Shown here: positions 48,300 to 58,689 of the stretch, one piece after another
How positions within the stretch are numbered: position 1 is the stretch's first letter
Layout: each line of letters starts with the position of its first letter
Origin: a virus
Strand: one strand, 5' to 3'
Virus record (IMG/VR): IMGVR_UViG_3300009503_000022
Coordinates: 1 to 64,000 of that record
Length of the DNA stretch: 64,000 nucleotides
Notes under the pieces: model-generated
The model's input: the letters and a program-made list of their open reading frames with translations, nothing else
Told to the model about the DNA's origin: nothing
The model's database searches: none
Program-made: the position numbers and the translations under genes

Positions 48300-48896
48300 T
48301 TACAATATAAACTCAGCTATTACAATAAATTTTCTAGCGCTTCCTGCTGCTTTATAATACGTACATTTAACTTTACAACCAACGGGTATTTTCCCTGCTC
48401 CTGTTCCTTCAAACCATTGTATTGGAAGCGATCCATAAAGAGAAATTGTTTCGCCATATTTTGTTAACATCGCACTATCATCTGCAAGCCAAATTTCGAA
48501 TTCAACATAATCGCCCCATTGCGCATCAATACATATAGGTAAAACTTTATTTATATAAACATCAACATCAAAAACCCATTCACAACTTTTTTGTGTTTCT
48601 TCAGAAGTCATTTCAATTGTTCTACCAATAAATTTTGATTGACCTACTGTATTAGTATAAATAAGTGGTTGATTAGCAATTGGTTTGTAATTTGTTTCAA
48701 AATCATCTTTATTAGCTTGTTCTACTTCAGGATCTGATGCTAAATTAACATCTTTATAAATAGAAGTATTATACTTTACTGTATTATCAATTGCAAAAAT
48801 ATTATATTGTTTTGCATTTTCTGTATATTGCCATAACAATTTTTTACTATTAACTACATCTTTAAAATATGTATAATTCAAATCTATTTCAAACAT
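48300..48896 (-). CDS. putative virion protein
   Basis: DFETNYK motif, beta-rich C-terminus; structural module. Confidence 0.55.
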   Translation of the reverse strand: MFEIDLNYTYFKDVVNSKKLLWQYTENAKQYNIFAIDNTVKYNTSIYKDVNLASDPEVEQANKDDFETNYKPIANQPLIYTNTVGQSKFIGRTIEMTSEETQKSCEWVFDVDVYINKVLPICIDAQWGDYVEFEIWLADDSAMLTKYGETISLYGSLPIQWFEGTGAGKIPVGCKVKCTYYKAAGSARKFIVIAEFIL

Positions 48897-48897
48897 T

Positions 48898-49920
48898 TTA
48901 AATAGTTACCTCCCTACCATTTAAACCAACTTCATAATTTTTATCTCCTGTATCTAAATTAGTTACATAAAAATTAATGAGACTATTAGCATTAACAGGT
49001 ACGCTCGTAGGAAATAAATGTTGATGAGGAAAATAAGCATCACTATAAAAAAAATCTATTATCGAACTCGTACCTGCAACAATACCTTGCAAATTATCAA
49101 TTTTAATATCAACATTTTTCTTTAAATCAACATTTTCTAATATTTTAATTTCTATCTTAGAAATTGCTGTTCTATCAAAAGTTGTTATTTCATTCAAATT
49201 AAAAATTAATGTTGTCCAAGATGACGGATTAATATTAACATCTGTAAATTGATAAGAATTTGCGCCTTGAGTAAGTTTAATAGCAATAGATACATTAGGA
49301 TTTAACGGATCACCTTTTGCGTCTATTTTAAGTAAATCATAGCTAGACCAATCTACTGTTGGAGAATAAATTTTTGTTATTACAGCATCTGTCTGAATAC
49401 CTTTATCTTGAAACTTACAAGTTAATTTAAACGAATAAGAACCTTGAGTATGATCTGTATCTAAATTCCAAGACGTAATTCTAGCAGATTTAGACCATCC
49501 TGTTAAACTTTCAAAATCTTCTAATAATGTCTGAACTTCTTCAGAATCATTATAAGTTTCTAATTCATAAAATCCTTTACCTGTACCTGAACCATCCCAA
49601 GCTGTCAAATACCATTTTTTACCAGCAGGAACTCTAATTTGATAAACTAACGCTCTTGTTCCTGCTGTTACTATTGTATTCTTTTTTGGTTTACTTTCAG
49701 TTACATCAGAAATATCACTAAATTGCACTGGATTAGCAATTGTAATCTGTCCACCTAACGTAGTTAAAATATCTTCTAAAATTAGTTTATTTTTAATATC
49801 GTGAGTTAATAATTCTTTATCACTAGATACATCTGCACTATAATATTCTCCAGTTTGTGGATCTATAGTTTTTCCTTTAAGTCTTACATCTATGTCACCT
49901 TTTTCTTCTATATCTGCCAT
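48898..49920 (-). CDS. putative virion protein with an inserted carbohydrate-binding-like module
   Basis: LLEDFES..GW...DWSSYD.L...WTTL...IDNL inside a jelly-roll-like domain. Confidence 0.6.
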   Translation of the reverse strand: MADIEEKGDIDVRLKGKTIDPQTGEYYSADVSSDKELLTHDIKNKLILEDILTTLGGQITIANPVQFSDISDVTESKPKKNTIVTAGTRALVYQIRVPAGKKWYLTAWDGSGTGKGFYELETYNDSEEVQTLLEDFESLTGWSKSARITSWNLDTDHTQGSYSFKLTCKFQDKGIQTDAVITKIYSPTVDWSSYDLLKIDAKGDPLNPNVSIAIKLTQGANSYQFTDVNINPSSWTTLIFNLNEITTFDRTAISKIEIKILENVDLKKNVDIKIDNLQGIVAGTSSIIDFFYSDAYFPHQHLFPTSVPVNANSLINFYVTNLDTGDKNYEVGLNGREVTI

Positions 49921-49921
49921 T

Positions 49922-50143
49922 TCACTTCCTCGCTTTTAATAATTCTTTAATTGCTTTTAATTCATTTAATATCTGCAACGATATGTTACGATGATTTTCC
50001 ATAAGTTTAATCATTACTAACTCTATATTACCTCTTATTACTTCTACTCTATTTTCATCTTTATTTTCTGTTTGCTTAACAGATTGCGTTTGTTCATTTT
50101 CAGAAACAATTTTTCCTTTCTTATTTTTTATCAAATCAGTCAT
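49922..50143 (-). CDS. hypothetical protein
   Basis: ORF with GGAGG SD. Confidence 0.55.
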   Translation of the reverse strand: MTDLIKNKKGKIVSENEQTQSVKQTENKDENRVEVIRGNIELVMIKLMENHRNISLQILNELKAIKELLKARK

Positions 50144-50187
50144 ATTTATCCTCCATTTTTAAATTCTCTTAAATTTAATAATTTTTA

Positions 50188-51123
50188 TTATACTTCACTA
50201 CCCATAATAGTAGAATAAACATCTTGCGATTGACCTTCTCTATTTTTTCTTATAATTCTAATTTGTTCTGACCCACCTGCTTCAGTAATTTCTATAGGAG
50301 GATCGAATTCAAATATACAATTTGGATTTGCCATAGTTGTAAATTGAACTGCTTTAGTTACAAGACTTGACTCAGGTCCAACTTGAACTTCCCATTTACC
50401 AGCACCAGAAGCTGAACATATAATTCTAGTTAACAAAAATGTTTTACCTGATGTTACAAGACGAATATGATTACTTGTAGATCCCCCTGGAACATTAACA
50501 GCAGTATTATAATCACTTACTTCTGTTCCAGATACGTGTTTAACTACATATACATAAATAGGATTTGTTTCACTATTAGGATTAGAATCTTTAGAAATTT
50601 TAATTGCCGATAAACTTTGCTCTGCAATATCTACTTTTGCAGATCCACTACTAGTTATTTCTAATCTATTAGCATCATTTGAACCCGTCATTCTAACAAG
50701 TATTTTTCTATCAAGCGTCATTCTAGGAATACCAATATCGCCTTCATTAACACTATCAGGAGTAGTTTCATCGGCTAAAAATCCTATCGCATTTAATGTA
50801 TCTGTTTCAATAGTAAATGCACTATCGTCTTTATAAGATTTTAAAGAAATTTGTAATCTACCATTTTCGTCTGTCAATAATGGAGTTGCATCTCCATCCG
50901 AATATGTTGTTGGATTTGCTTCATATTTACCTGCAATAGCCAATGCAGTTGGAGTTGCTCCATAAGCACTATTTATTACTACAAAATCTAATGCATTAGT
51001 TTCATCTGTTATTTCAACATATATCGGATTATTTAAAGCATTTGCATTTAAATCTTTTGAAATCTTTACAGAATTCCCTTCGGATATACTATGTATTGGT
51101 AACGAAGCATTTTGATCTGCCAT
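50188..51123 (-). CDS. putative virion fibre/decoration protein
   Basis: Internal repeat KISKD.N.N...NPIYV x2; C-terminal domain paralogous to 48898 and 51355. Confidence 0.6.
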   Translation of the reverse strand: MADQNASLPIHSISEGNSVKISKDLNANALNNPIYVEITDETNALDFVVINSAYGATPTALAIAGKYEANPTTYSDGDATPLLTDENGRLQISLKSYKDDSAFTIETDTLNAIGFLADETTPDSVNEGDIGIPRMTLDRKILVRMTGSNDANRLEITSSGSAKVDIAEQSLSAIKISKDSNPNSETNPIYVYVVKHVSGTEVSDYNTAVNVPGGSTSNHIRLVTSGKTFLLTRIICSASGAGKWEVQVGPESSLVTKAVQFTTMANPNCIFEFDPPIEITEAGGSEQIRIIRKNREGQSQDVYSTIMGSEV

Positions 51124-51140
51124 ATTTTAACCCTCCCTTT

Positions 51141-51338
51141 TTAAGCCTTAAGTGAATTTATCTCTTCTAAAGATTTCTTCAAACTTTCAATTTCATTATT
51201 GATTTTTATTTTTTCATCTTCTATTTCTAATATTCTTAACTCTAATTGTTGTATTCTTAACAATATTCTACTTTTTTCAACTTCTTTTCTTTTCTCTAAT
51301 ATTTTCATACTCGTCTCCTTATCTCCTATATCTGCCAT
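51141..51338 (-). CDS. small coiled-coil protein
   Basis: Heptad pattern. Confidence 0.6.
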   Translation of the reverse strand: MADIGDKETSMKILEKRKEVEKSRILLRIQQLELRILEIEDEKIKINNEIESLKKSLEEINSLKA

Positions 51339-51354
51339 TTTTTAATTACCTCCT

Positions 51355-52254
51355 TTATCTGCTACCAAGAATAGTAGCATAAAAACTTCTATTTCCCGGA
51401 GCATAATGTTTAACTTTAACTTCTACTGTATCACCTGTATTTATTATCAATGGTTTATAAAAATTATGTTCTATATTCATATTTGCGGCCGTAGATCTTT
51501 TACCAATAACTATATTATTATTAATATAAAGAAAATATTCACAAGCAAAAGTTCCTGTTCCTACTATTGAATCTAAATAAAATAATGACCCTGTATTAAT
51601 ATAACTTACAACAGTCGTCAATGTATTAGGTGCTACAGATAATGCTTCATCATATACTATTACATTCTGACTTGGTCTATCTTTTACACTTATTGTTTTA
51701 GTATTTAGTAAATCATATATACTATCTAAAATACTTTGTGAAACAGTATCTGGATAATCTCCAGGAAAATTACTTACTGCTATACTACTAATCCAATTCT
51801 GTATTGATACTTTTATACTATCATTTAATTTATTTAAAATCGCGTCTAAAGTTTCTTCAGTTGCTGGATTTATCTGAATTCCATTTCTGTTCTTTAATGC
51901 ACATAAACAAAGTAAATGATATTTACTATTTATTTGTTGTAAATTTAATAATCTATTTTTACCAGTTTCATCTACTCCTAAAATATAAATACCTGCAGGA
52001 TAAGGTTCTACTAAATCAGAATCTAATACAATATCTAATTTAATATTCGAATCGTCGTTATCTTCTAACTTTACAGCACCAATATTTATTTGACCTGCTT
52101 CTACAGTTGCTGATATATCTAAAGACCAAGATCCATCTGAATTTTTCTTACATTTTAACGGAATTATTTCTTTCGTACCATCTTCTTTAAGTACGTATGT
52201 CGTCAAAACAACTGGATACTGATCTGGAAAATTTTGTATTTGAGCATCTGGCAT
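51355..52254 (-). CDS. putative virion fibre/decoration protein
   Basis: NIGAV, INPATEETL motifs; C-terminal domain paralogous to 50188. Confidence 0.6.
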   Translation of the reverse strand: MPDAQIQNFPDQYPVVLTTYVLKEDGTKEIIPLKCKKNSDGSWSLDISATVEAGQINIGAVKLEDNDDSNIKLDIVLDSDLVEPYPAGIYILGVDETGKNRLLNLQQINSKYHLLCLCALKNRNGIQINPATEETLDAILNKLNDSIKVSIQNWISSIAVSNFPGDYPDTVSQSILDSIYDLLNTKTISVKDRPSQNVIVYDEALSVAPNTLTTVVSYINTGSLFYLDSIVGTGTFACEYFLYINNNIVIGKRSTAANMNIEHNFYKPLIINTGDTVEVKVKHYAPGNRSFYATILGSR

Positions 52255-52266
52255 TTAAATTCTCCT

Positions 52267-52938
52267 TTAAAATAATTCATAAATCGAAATTCCTAAACTT
52301 AAACCTAATCTATTTATAAAAGTTTTATCGGATAATAAATTATACGAAACTCCTGTATCTATTGAAATATTTTCTATTAAATTTAATTTCAATCCTAATT
52401 CTATATCTTGTGCTACAAAACCTTCAAATGGTAATAAAGTTGTATAAATATATCCTCCAAATAATTTATGCCCTTTAATTGTTTTAATATCTTTTTCTTT
52501 AGTAATTGTTGTATCATCTTCTTTTTTTGTTTCATCTCTTTTATCAGTAATAATAGTAGTAGAAACTGATGTCGTATTGGTTTTTGTAGCAATATCAGTT
52601 TTTATAACTGTCTTATCGTCAGCAGTTTTCTTTATTTCTTCTTTTATTAGTTTACCTGTTATTGCGTCGTATGTTTTAATAATATCTTCTTTTGTTGATA
52701 TATTTTTAAGAACATCTTGTTGTTTAGCTATTTCTTTCTTTAACTCTATTTTTGTATTTGTCAGTTCCGTTTTAATTTGACTTATTTTATCATAAAAAGA
52801 TTTAACAATTTTAGTATCTAATGTTTTTATTTCTTTTACTTCAGGTTGTTTAAATAAAGCAAAAATCATAACAATAGTAACTATTAATGCATAAATTATT
52901 CCATATTTTATCCAAAATTCTTTTAATTTTTCAATCAT
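52267..52938 (-). CDS. membrane-anchored protein, spanin-like candidate
   Basis: N-terminal TM, coiled coil, amphipathic beta C-terminus; next to the lysin-like gene. Confidence 0.4.
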   Translation of the reverse strand: MIEKLKEFWIKYGIIYALIVTIVMIFALFKQPEVKEIKTLDTKIVKSFYDKISQIKTELTNTKIELKKEIAKQQDVLKNISTKEDIIKTYDAITGKLIKEEIKKTADDKTVIKTDIATKTNTTSVSTTIITDKRDETKKEDDTTITKEKDIKTIKGHKLFGGYIYTTLLPFEGFVAQDIELGLKLNLIENISIDTGVSYNLLSDKTFINRLGLSLGISIYELF

Positions 52939-53070
52939 AAATTCATCCTCCTTTTTTTTGAATTCTTAAAATTTTACCATTAATCATTTTTAAACCTTCA
53001 AAAGGTCTAATTGTTAAATGAACTTCCTTTTGTTTTTTATTATTATCTTTTACTTCTTGTTTTTCTTTTA

Positions 53071-53970
53071 TCATATCATTAATTCCTCTGGAAAAAATTG
53101 TTTAAAACAATTATAAAGAGCTTCTTGAGCTTTAATATGAGGCGTATAACGATACGCTGCCCAAGTAATAGCATTCTCTGGAATTATTACTTCTCCTTCT
53201 AAAGTAGTAATTGAAGTACCTGATTTCCATTCATTAAATCTATTATTTAAAGTCTGACAACAACCTACTATTTGATTCCTAAGACCATTAAATTTCGGAA
53301 TAATAGTACCATCGTCATAATAACCAACACCACAAGCGCCATCTAAAGGATATTTAACTCTAATAGATTTATAAAATTTAACTTCATCAACACTTTTTTT
53401 AGTTAATAAACTCTGTTCCTTTTGAAGTTTAACTAAAATTATTTTTTGATTAATATTTAAAGATTTACAAGTTTCGTTTATAATATCAGATACAGTAAAA
53501 AAGAACGTTTCGAGACTTTTATAATAATCTTCTACATTCTGACCAACTGTTTTACCATAAAGACTTGGCTTATCCCATAATTCTTTTAAAACATCATTTA
53601 AAGATTTACCAACAAAAGAATCACTCCAATATTGTTCTATAAATTCAGTAATACGATAAGAATTAAATTTATAATCGTAAAGAAAACAACCTATCTGTTT
53701 TAAATAAGTTTTAACATCAAAATTATCTAAATAACCTCTTAAACAAGAATCTGGCAATATTTTGGTTTTAGAAAATTGAAACATTTTTAACTTTTCTCCT
53801 TCTATATCTTTATCATTTTTAATCTGATTATTTTCAGATAAAATTTGTATATTATCTAATTGCTTTTCCGATGTTTTAAATAATATTTTAATTATTGTAT
53901 TAATAAATTCAATTATAAATTTCATTAAATTATTCCTTTTTATAATTCTGCATCTACTGCATAATTCCAA
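53071..53970 (-). CDS. putative endolysin / lysozyme-like muralytic enzyme (start probably downstream of the called one)
   Basis: LVKLQKEQSLL...ACGVG...GLRNQI...NAITWAAYRYTPH. Confidence 0.5.
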   Translation of the reverse strand: MELCSRCRIIKRNNLMKFIIEFINTIIKILFKTSEKQLDNIQILSENNQIKNDKDIEGEKLKMFQFSKTKILPDSCLRGYLDNFDVKTYLKQIGCFLYDYKFNSYRITEFIEQYWSDSFVGKSLNDVLKELWDKPSLYGKTVGQNVEDYYKSLETFFFTVSDIINETCKSLNINQKIILVKLQKEQSLLTKKSVDEVKFYKSIRVKYPLDGACGVGYYDDGTIIPKFNGLRNQIVGCCQTLNNRFNEWKSGTSITTLEGEVIIPENAITWAAYRYTPHIKAQEALYNCFKQFFPEELMI

Positions 53971-55010
53971 GAACCATTATATGCTCCTGTATTAGTACCA
54001 TCACAAGTTATCTCACCTGTTATCCCATATTCTGTTGAACTAACTATAGCCGTTATAGATGTTCCCCAAGTTATTGGTCCTACACCAATCTTATTACCAC
54101 CTGTATAAGATAAAAGAGATACAGTAGGATTTGAAAGTCTCTTCGGAATTTTATAACTAAGCGTAAAAGGGGCAGTAGTTGCTGCTATTATTTTAGAAGA
54201 AGTTACTCCACAATATCCTCTTTCATAATATCTATAACACAAAGTCAATTCTTCTCCAAAACTTCTTGGAATAAATGTTGCTGCCGTATCTCCTGCATTT
54301 AATACAACTTGAGCTATCATAATATTATTACCAGTAGAACCTGGTCTATATGTTTCTACTACTGTATCTCCTACATAAGTTGCCCAAGTTGTATCCCACA
54401 TATAATAAAATTTTAAACCTAAAAAATCATTATTATCTGTTCCAAAAGTTTTACCAACAAGAGTATTTGTAGTAAAAGTATGAGAATATCTTACCCAATT
54501 TGAAGTTAAAACAAAATACCTTCCATTAATTATTTCTGAAGGACTTGGAGAACCTCCAGTTCCATAATATTGTTCAAGACATATACCAAGTTTTTTGTTA
54601 GGTATATCTGATTTAGCATAAAAACTTACGGTTACTTTTTTATTTGTCCCGCATAGCATTCTTGTCCCAAATTCTATTCTTTGATCTAAACTACCTCTAC
54701 CATCAGATCCAACTGTTCCAGGACCACTTGTATATAAATTAGTGTAATAAAAACTATTTGGTATTTCTCCTGGAGACAATGATTGTCTACTACGCACTAA
54801 AATTGGTAAAGAACCTCCTGTTCCTGCATTATGATAATCAAACCATCTATCTGCACAATATTGAAAAGTTGCATTTACTATATTTACAGATGTGCCTCTT
54901 TGCCAAATATCAAAATTACTATTTATTAAAAAATTTTGTTGCGGTAAATTAGATCCACCAACTGGATTTCCAACATTATCTTGAAATAAAAGATTTCCTG
55001 GAATTCTCAT
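53940..55010 (-). CDS. tail fibre / receptor-binding protein, paralog of 57745..58674
   Basis: NFLINSNFDIWQRG...YCADRW...ELTLCYRYYE...DAEL. Confidence 0.75.
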   Translation of the reverse strand: MRIPGNLLFQDNVGNPVGGSNLPQQNFLINSNFDIWQRGTSVNIVNATFQYCADRWFDYHNAGTGGSLPILVRSRQSLSPGEIPNSFYYTNLYTSGPGTVGSDGRGSLDQRIEFGTRMLCGTNKKVTVSFYAKSDIPNKKLGICLEQYYGTGGSPSPSEIINGRYFVLTSNWVRYSHTFTTNTLVGKTFGTDNNDFLGLKFYYMWDTTWATYVGDTVVETYRPGSTGNNIMIAQVVLNAGDTAATFIPRSFGEELTLCYRYYERGYCGVTSSKIIAATTAPFTLSYKIPKRLSNPTVSLLSYTGGNKIGVGPITWGTSITAIVSSTEYGITGEITCDGTNTGAYNGSWNYAVDAEL

Positions 55011-55021
55011 TATTCTACCTC

Positions 55022-55450
55022 CTACAAATTATTGTATTCTTCTATTTTAGCATTTCTTAAAGCAATCAATTCATCTCTTTTAGCAATTATATCGGCTGTA
55101 TTTATAGTTGTATAAGTTAATAAATCTGCACAGGCATTAATTTGTTTTTGTAATTCTATAATAAAATCTCTTAATTTTATTTTATTTATAGCATTTATTT
55201 CTGGTTGTAATTCTTCTTGAGTTCTTTCTGTTATTTGACCATTTGACCATTTATATTTAAATACTCCAGGATACCCTGTAACATAAATTGGAATTGAATA
55301 ATTATCTTCATCAGCTTCACCAACTTGTATATCGCCTTCAATCGGCTGTTCTGTAGCATCACTAAAAGAATAAACTATCCTATTTTGTGCATCTATTCTT
55401 ATATATCTTTTATGTAAAGCCATTTTTATTCCTCCCTTATAAATAAGCAC
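55022..55450 (-). CDS. tail fibre assembly/chaperone-like protein, paralog of 56897..57295
   Basis: YIRID...FSDA.EQPIEGD...ERTQEE. Confidence 0.65.
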   Translation of the reverse strand: MLIYKGGIKMALHKRYIRIDAQNRIVYSFSDATEQPIEGDIQVGEADEDNYSIPIYVTGYPGVFKYKWSNGQITERTQEELQPEINAINKIKLRDFIIELQKQINACADLLTYTTINTADIIAKRDELIALRNAKIEEYNNL

Positions 55451-56876
55451 AAATCGCTCTTATAACTAAAGTTACTTCTTGATTATAAATACTCATATAA
55501 CCTATACCGCTATCTATTGCTTTTTCTATTAAATAATAAGTTGTTTTACTTGATAAATTTAAAAATTTCTTAACATATATTGCTTCTCTAATTAATGGAT
55601 CATCTCCCGCTATTTCTGTTGTAAATTCTTTATCACTTTCAGAATTATTAGAAGTTGATAAACTTATTGCAGCCGATTTTGGATTTGTATAACTATTTAT
55701 TTGCAATGCACATTTATAAGATACATCCCAAACTCCAATAGGTATAGTTATTGCAAGACTTGCTAAATTATACCAAGTTCCAGCAACAGGATTAGATTGT
55801 TCTCTAAAAATCGTATCTGTTATTTTCACTTCCCACTTTGACGGATCTAATGGAAATCCGTATGGTGCTTTTTGAGTACTAAAATATGGATTAACTATAC
55901 TTGAATTTAATAAATCATAATCTGTTCCCATATACAAAGTTAAAAGCGTATTTGGAGAAGAATAATTTACATCTGTTATAATCCCATATTGAATATAATT
56001 ACTTAATAAAGTATATTGTAAATTTTCATCTGTAGTCTCTTTTGCTACTTGTAATGCAGTATTTCCATCTAAAACTACTCCATTATACAAAGCAAAATCA
56101 TCAATATAACCATCTAAAAAATTAGTATCTGTTCCTGTTAAATTTGCACAACCTAATCTAACATAATTAGTAGATGCATAACCAGGTGCATAAGGCCAGT
56201 AAGCACTATTTTCTAAAATACCATCTACATATATACTAAGTAAATTCCCATCCCAACAACATCTTATTGTATGCCATACACCATCGCAAATATTTTTTAT
56301 TCCACTTATTGATTTATAATCTACATTTTCAATTGTTCCAGTATTCCTTCCTGATAAAAACCATACTACACCTGTAGAAGTAGCAGCAGTAACTCTAATT
56401 CCAGATACATTAGGATTTTGAGAACCTGACCAAAATATCATACTATCTGCTGTAGGAATATTACTTCTTTTAAATCTAAATTCTATTGTAAATTTACCTG
56501 TTGGTTTCCAATCAGAATGATCAGTAAATGTTATTCTATCACTAGAACTTGAAACAAAAAATAAACCTCTATCTATATAACCAACATTATTTAAAATTGC
56601 TGATCTGCTTGCTGTACCATCATGATTATTACCACTATTATCAACTAAAGTAGTTCCAGAAGTTTCGTTACATTTAAACCAAGCTTTTAAATAAGAACTT
56701 AAATCTTGATTAAACTTAACCTTCATTCCTTTAGAATATTTACTACGTAAATCAGCATTTGCAATTGAAATAACGTATGTAGGATCATCAGCACTAGAAT
56801 AAACCCAAGTTTCTTTTGCGGGTATCCATGCAATATCTGCATTTATATTATTTCTACCAACTAATGTTTCTGTCAT
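55437..56876 (-). CDS. virion protein with an inserted LamG/concanavalin A-like domain
   Basis: WFKCNE.SGTTLVDNSGN, FTIEF, DGVWH, IYVDG, GYIDDF. Confidence 0.75.
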   Translation of the reverse strand: MTETLVGRNNINADIAWIPAKETWVYSSADDPTYVISIANADLRSKYSKGMKVKFNQDLSSYLKAWFKCNETSGTTLVDNSGNNHDGTASRSAILNNVGYIDRGLFFVSSSSDRITFTDHSDWKPTGKFTIEFRFKRSNIPTADSMIFWSGSQNPNVSGIRVTAATSTGVVWFLSGRNTGTIENVDYKSISGIKNICDGVWHTIRCCWDGNLLSIYVDGILENSAYWPYAPGYASTNYVRLGCANLTGTDTNFLDGYIDDFALYNGVVLDGNTALQVAKETTDENLQYTLLSNYIQYGIITDVNYSSPNTLLTLYMGTDYDLLNSSIVNPYFSTQKAPYGFPLDPSKWEVKITDTIFREQSNPVAGTWYNLASLAITIPIGVWDVSYKCALQINSYTNPKSAAISLSTSNNSESDKEFTTEIAGDDPLIREAIYVKKFLNLSSKTTYYLIEKAIDSGIGYMSIYNQEVTLVIRAICAYL

Positions 56877-56896
56877 AACTTATCTCCTATTAAATT

Positions 56897-57295
56897 TTAT
56901 AAATTATTAAATTCCGCTATCTTACTATCTCTTTCGGCTATTAAAGCGTCTCTTTCTGCTATTATACTTGTTGTATTAACTGTTGTGTAAACTAAAAGAT
57001 TTGCACAGGCATCTATTCTTCTTTGTAAATCTATTATTTCTTGCTTTAAACCTTCTTTTCTTTTAGCATTTATTTCAGGTTGTTTTTCCTCTTGAGTTCT
57101 TTCAACAATTCCTGTTCCTTCAACCCATTTATATTTTAAAACCATATTTTCATCATAAAGTTGTAAATTATAATGCCTATTGTCACTTTCTTCTACTAAT
57201 TTATCTCCTTCTATTGGTTGCTCAAAAGCATCTGAAAAAGATTTTATCACTTTATTGTTTTCATCTATTCTTACATAGTGTTTGTAATTTGCCAT
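56897..57295 (-). CDS. tail fibre assembly/chaperone-like protein
   Basis: Paralog of 55022..55450. Confidence 0.65.
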   Translation of the reverse strand: MANYKHYVRIDENNKVIKSFSDAFEQPIEGDKLVEESDNRHYNLQLYDENMVLKYKWVEGTGIVERTQEEKQPEINAKRKEGLKQEIIDLQRRIDACANLLVYTTVNTTSIIAERDALIAERDSKIAEFNNL

Positions 57296-57349
57296 TTTAA
57301 GTACCCCCTTATCTACATCTCTCTATCTACAATAAAAAACTTTTATTTA

Positions 57350-57736
57350 TTAAAAATCATTTATCAAATAAAGACATTGATTTTTATTACATTCATCTTG
57401 TATTATTTCTTTAGCTAATTGATCTTTAGTTTTACCCTCAATACTAATATTTCTTGCTATAGCATCTGTTTGAACTTCTTCTAATGTGTGAGCTAATAAA
57501 TGTAAATAATGTAATTTTTGAGCATTTTCATCTCCTGACATAGGATAAAAGCTTATCAATTGTCCATTTGTAACTTTAACTTTTAGTGTATTTTTAATAT
57601 CATTATTTTGTAAATCTTTAGCATGTTCTAAATTTAAAACAGAAACATTGCTTTCCGATAATGGATTTGATATATCTATTTCGGCTAAATCTACAGTTAA
57701 ATTTTGTTTATCAAAATTCGTAATAGAAACTAACAT
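57350..57736 (-). CDS. hypothetical protein
   Basis: ORF with AGGAGG SD. Confidence 0.55.
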   Translation of the reverse strand: MLVSITNFDKQNLTVDLAEIDISNPLSESNVSVLNLEHAKDLQNNDIKNTLKVKVTNGQLISFYPMSGDENAQKLHYLHLLAHTLEEVQTDAIARNISIEGKTKDQLAKEIIQDECNKNQCLYLINDF

Positions 57737-57744
57737 ATTACCTC

Positions 57745-58674
57745 CTATAATTTATATTCTGCAGACCATTCATACATTCCAATTAACCCTAAAGTTCCTG
57801 ATCCATTTATAAGAAATCTTCCATTAAAATATTCTTTATTAACATTACCAAAAGAATCAAAATAACTACCAGTTCCCGCACTATTAAAATTATATACTGT
57901 CATCGTCGGCGTTCCTGCTTTCGTAACTTTAAAATTATATCTTTGTTCTATATAAGCATAAGATCCAATACTTGGACCATAAACATAACCTAAACCTCCA
58001 CCTCCATATTCATAATACCTTTGGCAATCTGTTAAATCTTGACTCTGTAATTTAGGAATATAATTTGCAGGTTGAGAACCTATTACTAACATTGCTTCGT
58101 CTACATAAAAAGTCATTGTTACATTTGTATTGTATTCTATACCTGCCATAACTGTTGTAATACCACTATTAGGAATAGTTCTTATCACAATAAGATTTTG
58201 AAATGTGTTATCTCCAGTATGATAATTAGAATAAGATACTCCGCTTCCATCATATATATAAGCTCTAACTTTATTAGAAACACTACATTTTACTTTAATA
58301 GAAAAAGATAAAGTTTTACCTTTATATTCTTCGAATTTTTCTAATGGTTGATAAAAATTACCAACTGCCGTTCCTGTAGTTGGAATTACAATCTTAGCAC
58401 TATATTTACCTGAAACAAAATTACCAGAACTACTTTCTTGTGAAATATTAGGTGCTGTTGCTCCTGGTTCATTATGAGTTTTCCACATATCAACTGTATA
58501 ATTTCCATCTGCTACATTATTAAAAATAGTTCCTCTCTGCCATATCTCAAATCCACCATTAATTAGTATATTAGAAGGTTGAGCAAGAGGTATTTGAGAA
58601 GATGCAATATAATCACTACTTCCTATTTCTCTTATTATTCCATCACTACTATAAACTGTTTTTCTTTCTACCAT
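57745..58674 (-). CDS. tail fibre / receptor-binding protein
   Basis: NILINGGFEIWQRG...YTVDMW...DLTDCQRYYE. Confidence 0.75.
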   Translation of the reverse strand: MVERKTVYSSDGIIREIGSSDYIASSQIPLAQPSNILINGGFEIWQRGTIFNNVADGNYTVDMWKTHNEPGATAPNISQESSSGNFVSGKYSAKIVIPTTGTAVGNFYQPLEKFEEYKGKTLSFSIKVKCSVSNKVRAYIYDGSGVSYSNYHTGDNTFQNLIVIRTIPNSGITTVMAGIEYNTNVTMTFYVDEAMLVIGSQPANYIPKLQSQDLTDCQRYYEYGGGGLGYVYGPSIGSYAYIEQRYNFKVTKAGTPTMTVYNFNSAGTGSYFDSFGNVNKEYFNGRFLINGSGTLGLIGMYEWSAEYKL

Positions 58675-58689
58675 ATTAAACTCCTTTTA

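Noticed and set aside
6534-54952. All plus-strand ORFs in the track (e.g. 19346-19897, 26376-26729, 38328-38702)
   Set aside because: They lie antisense to well-supported minus-strand genes, have F/I/L/S-biased shadow composition and show no convincing RBS
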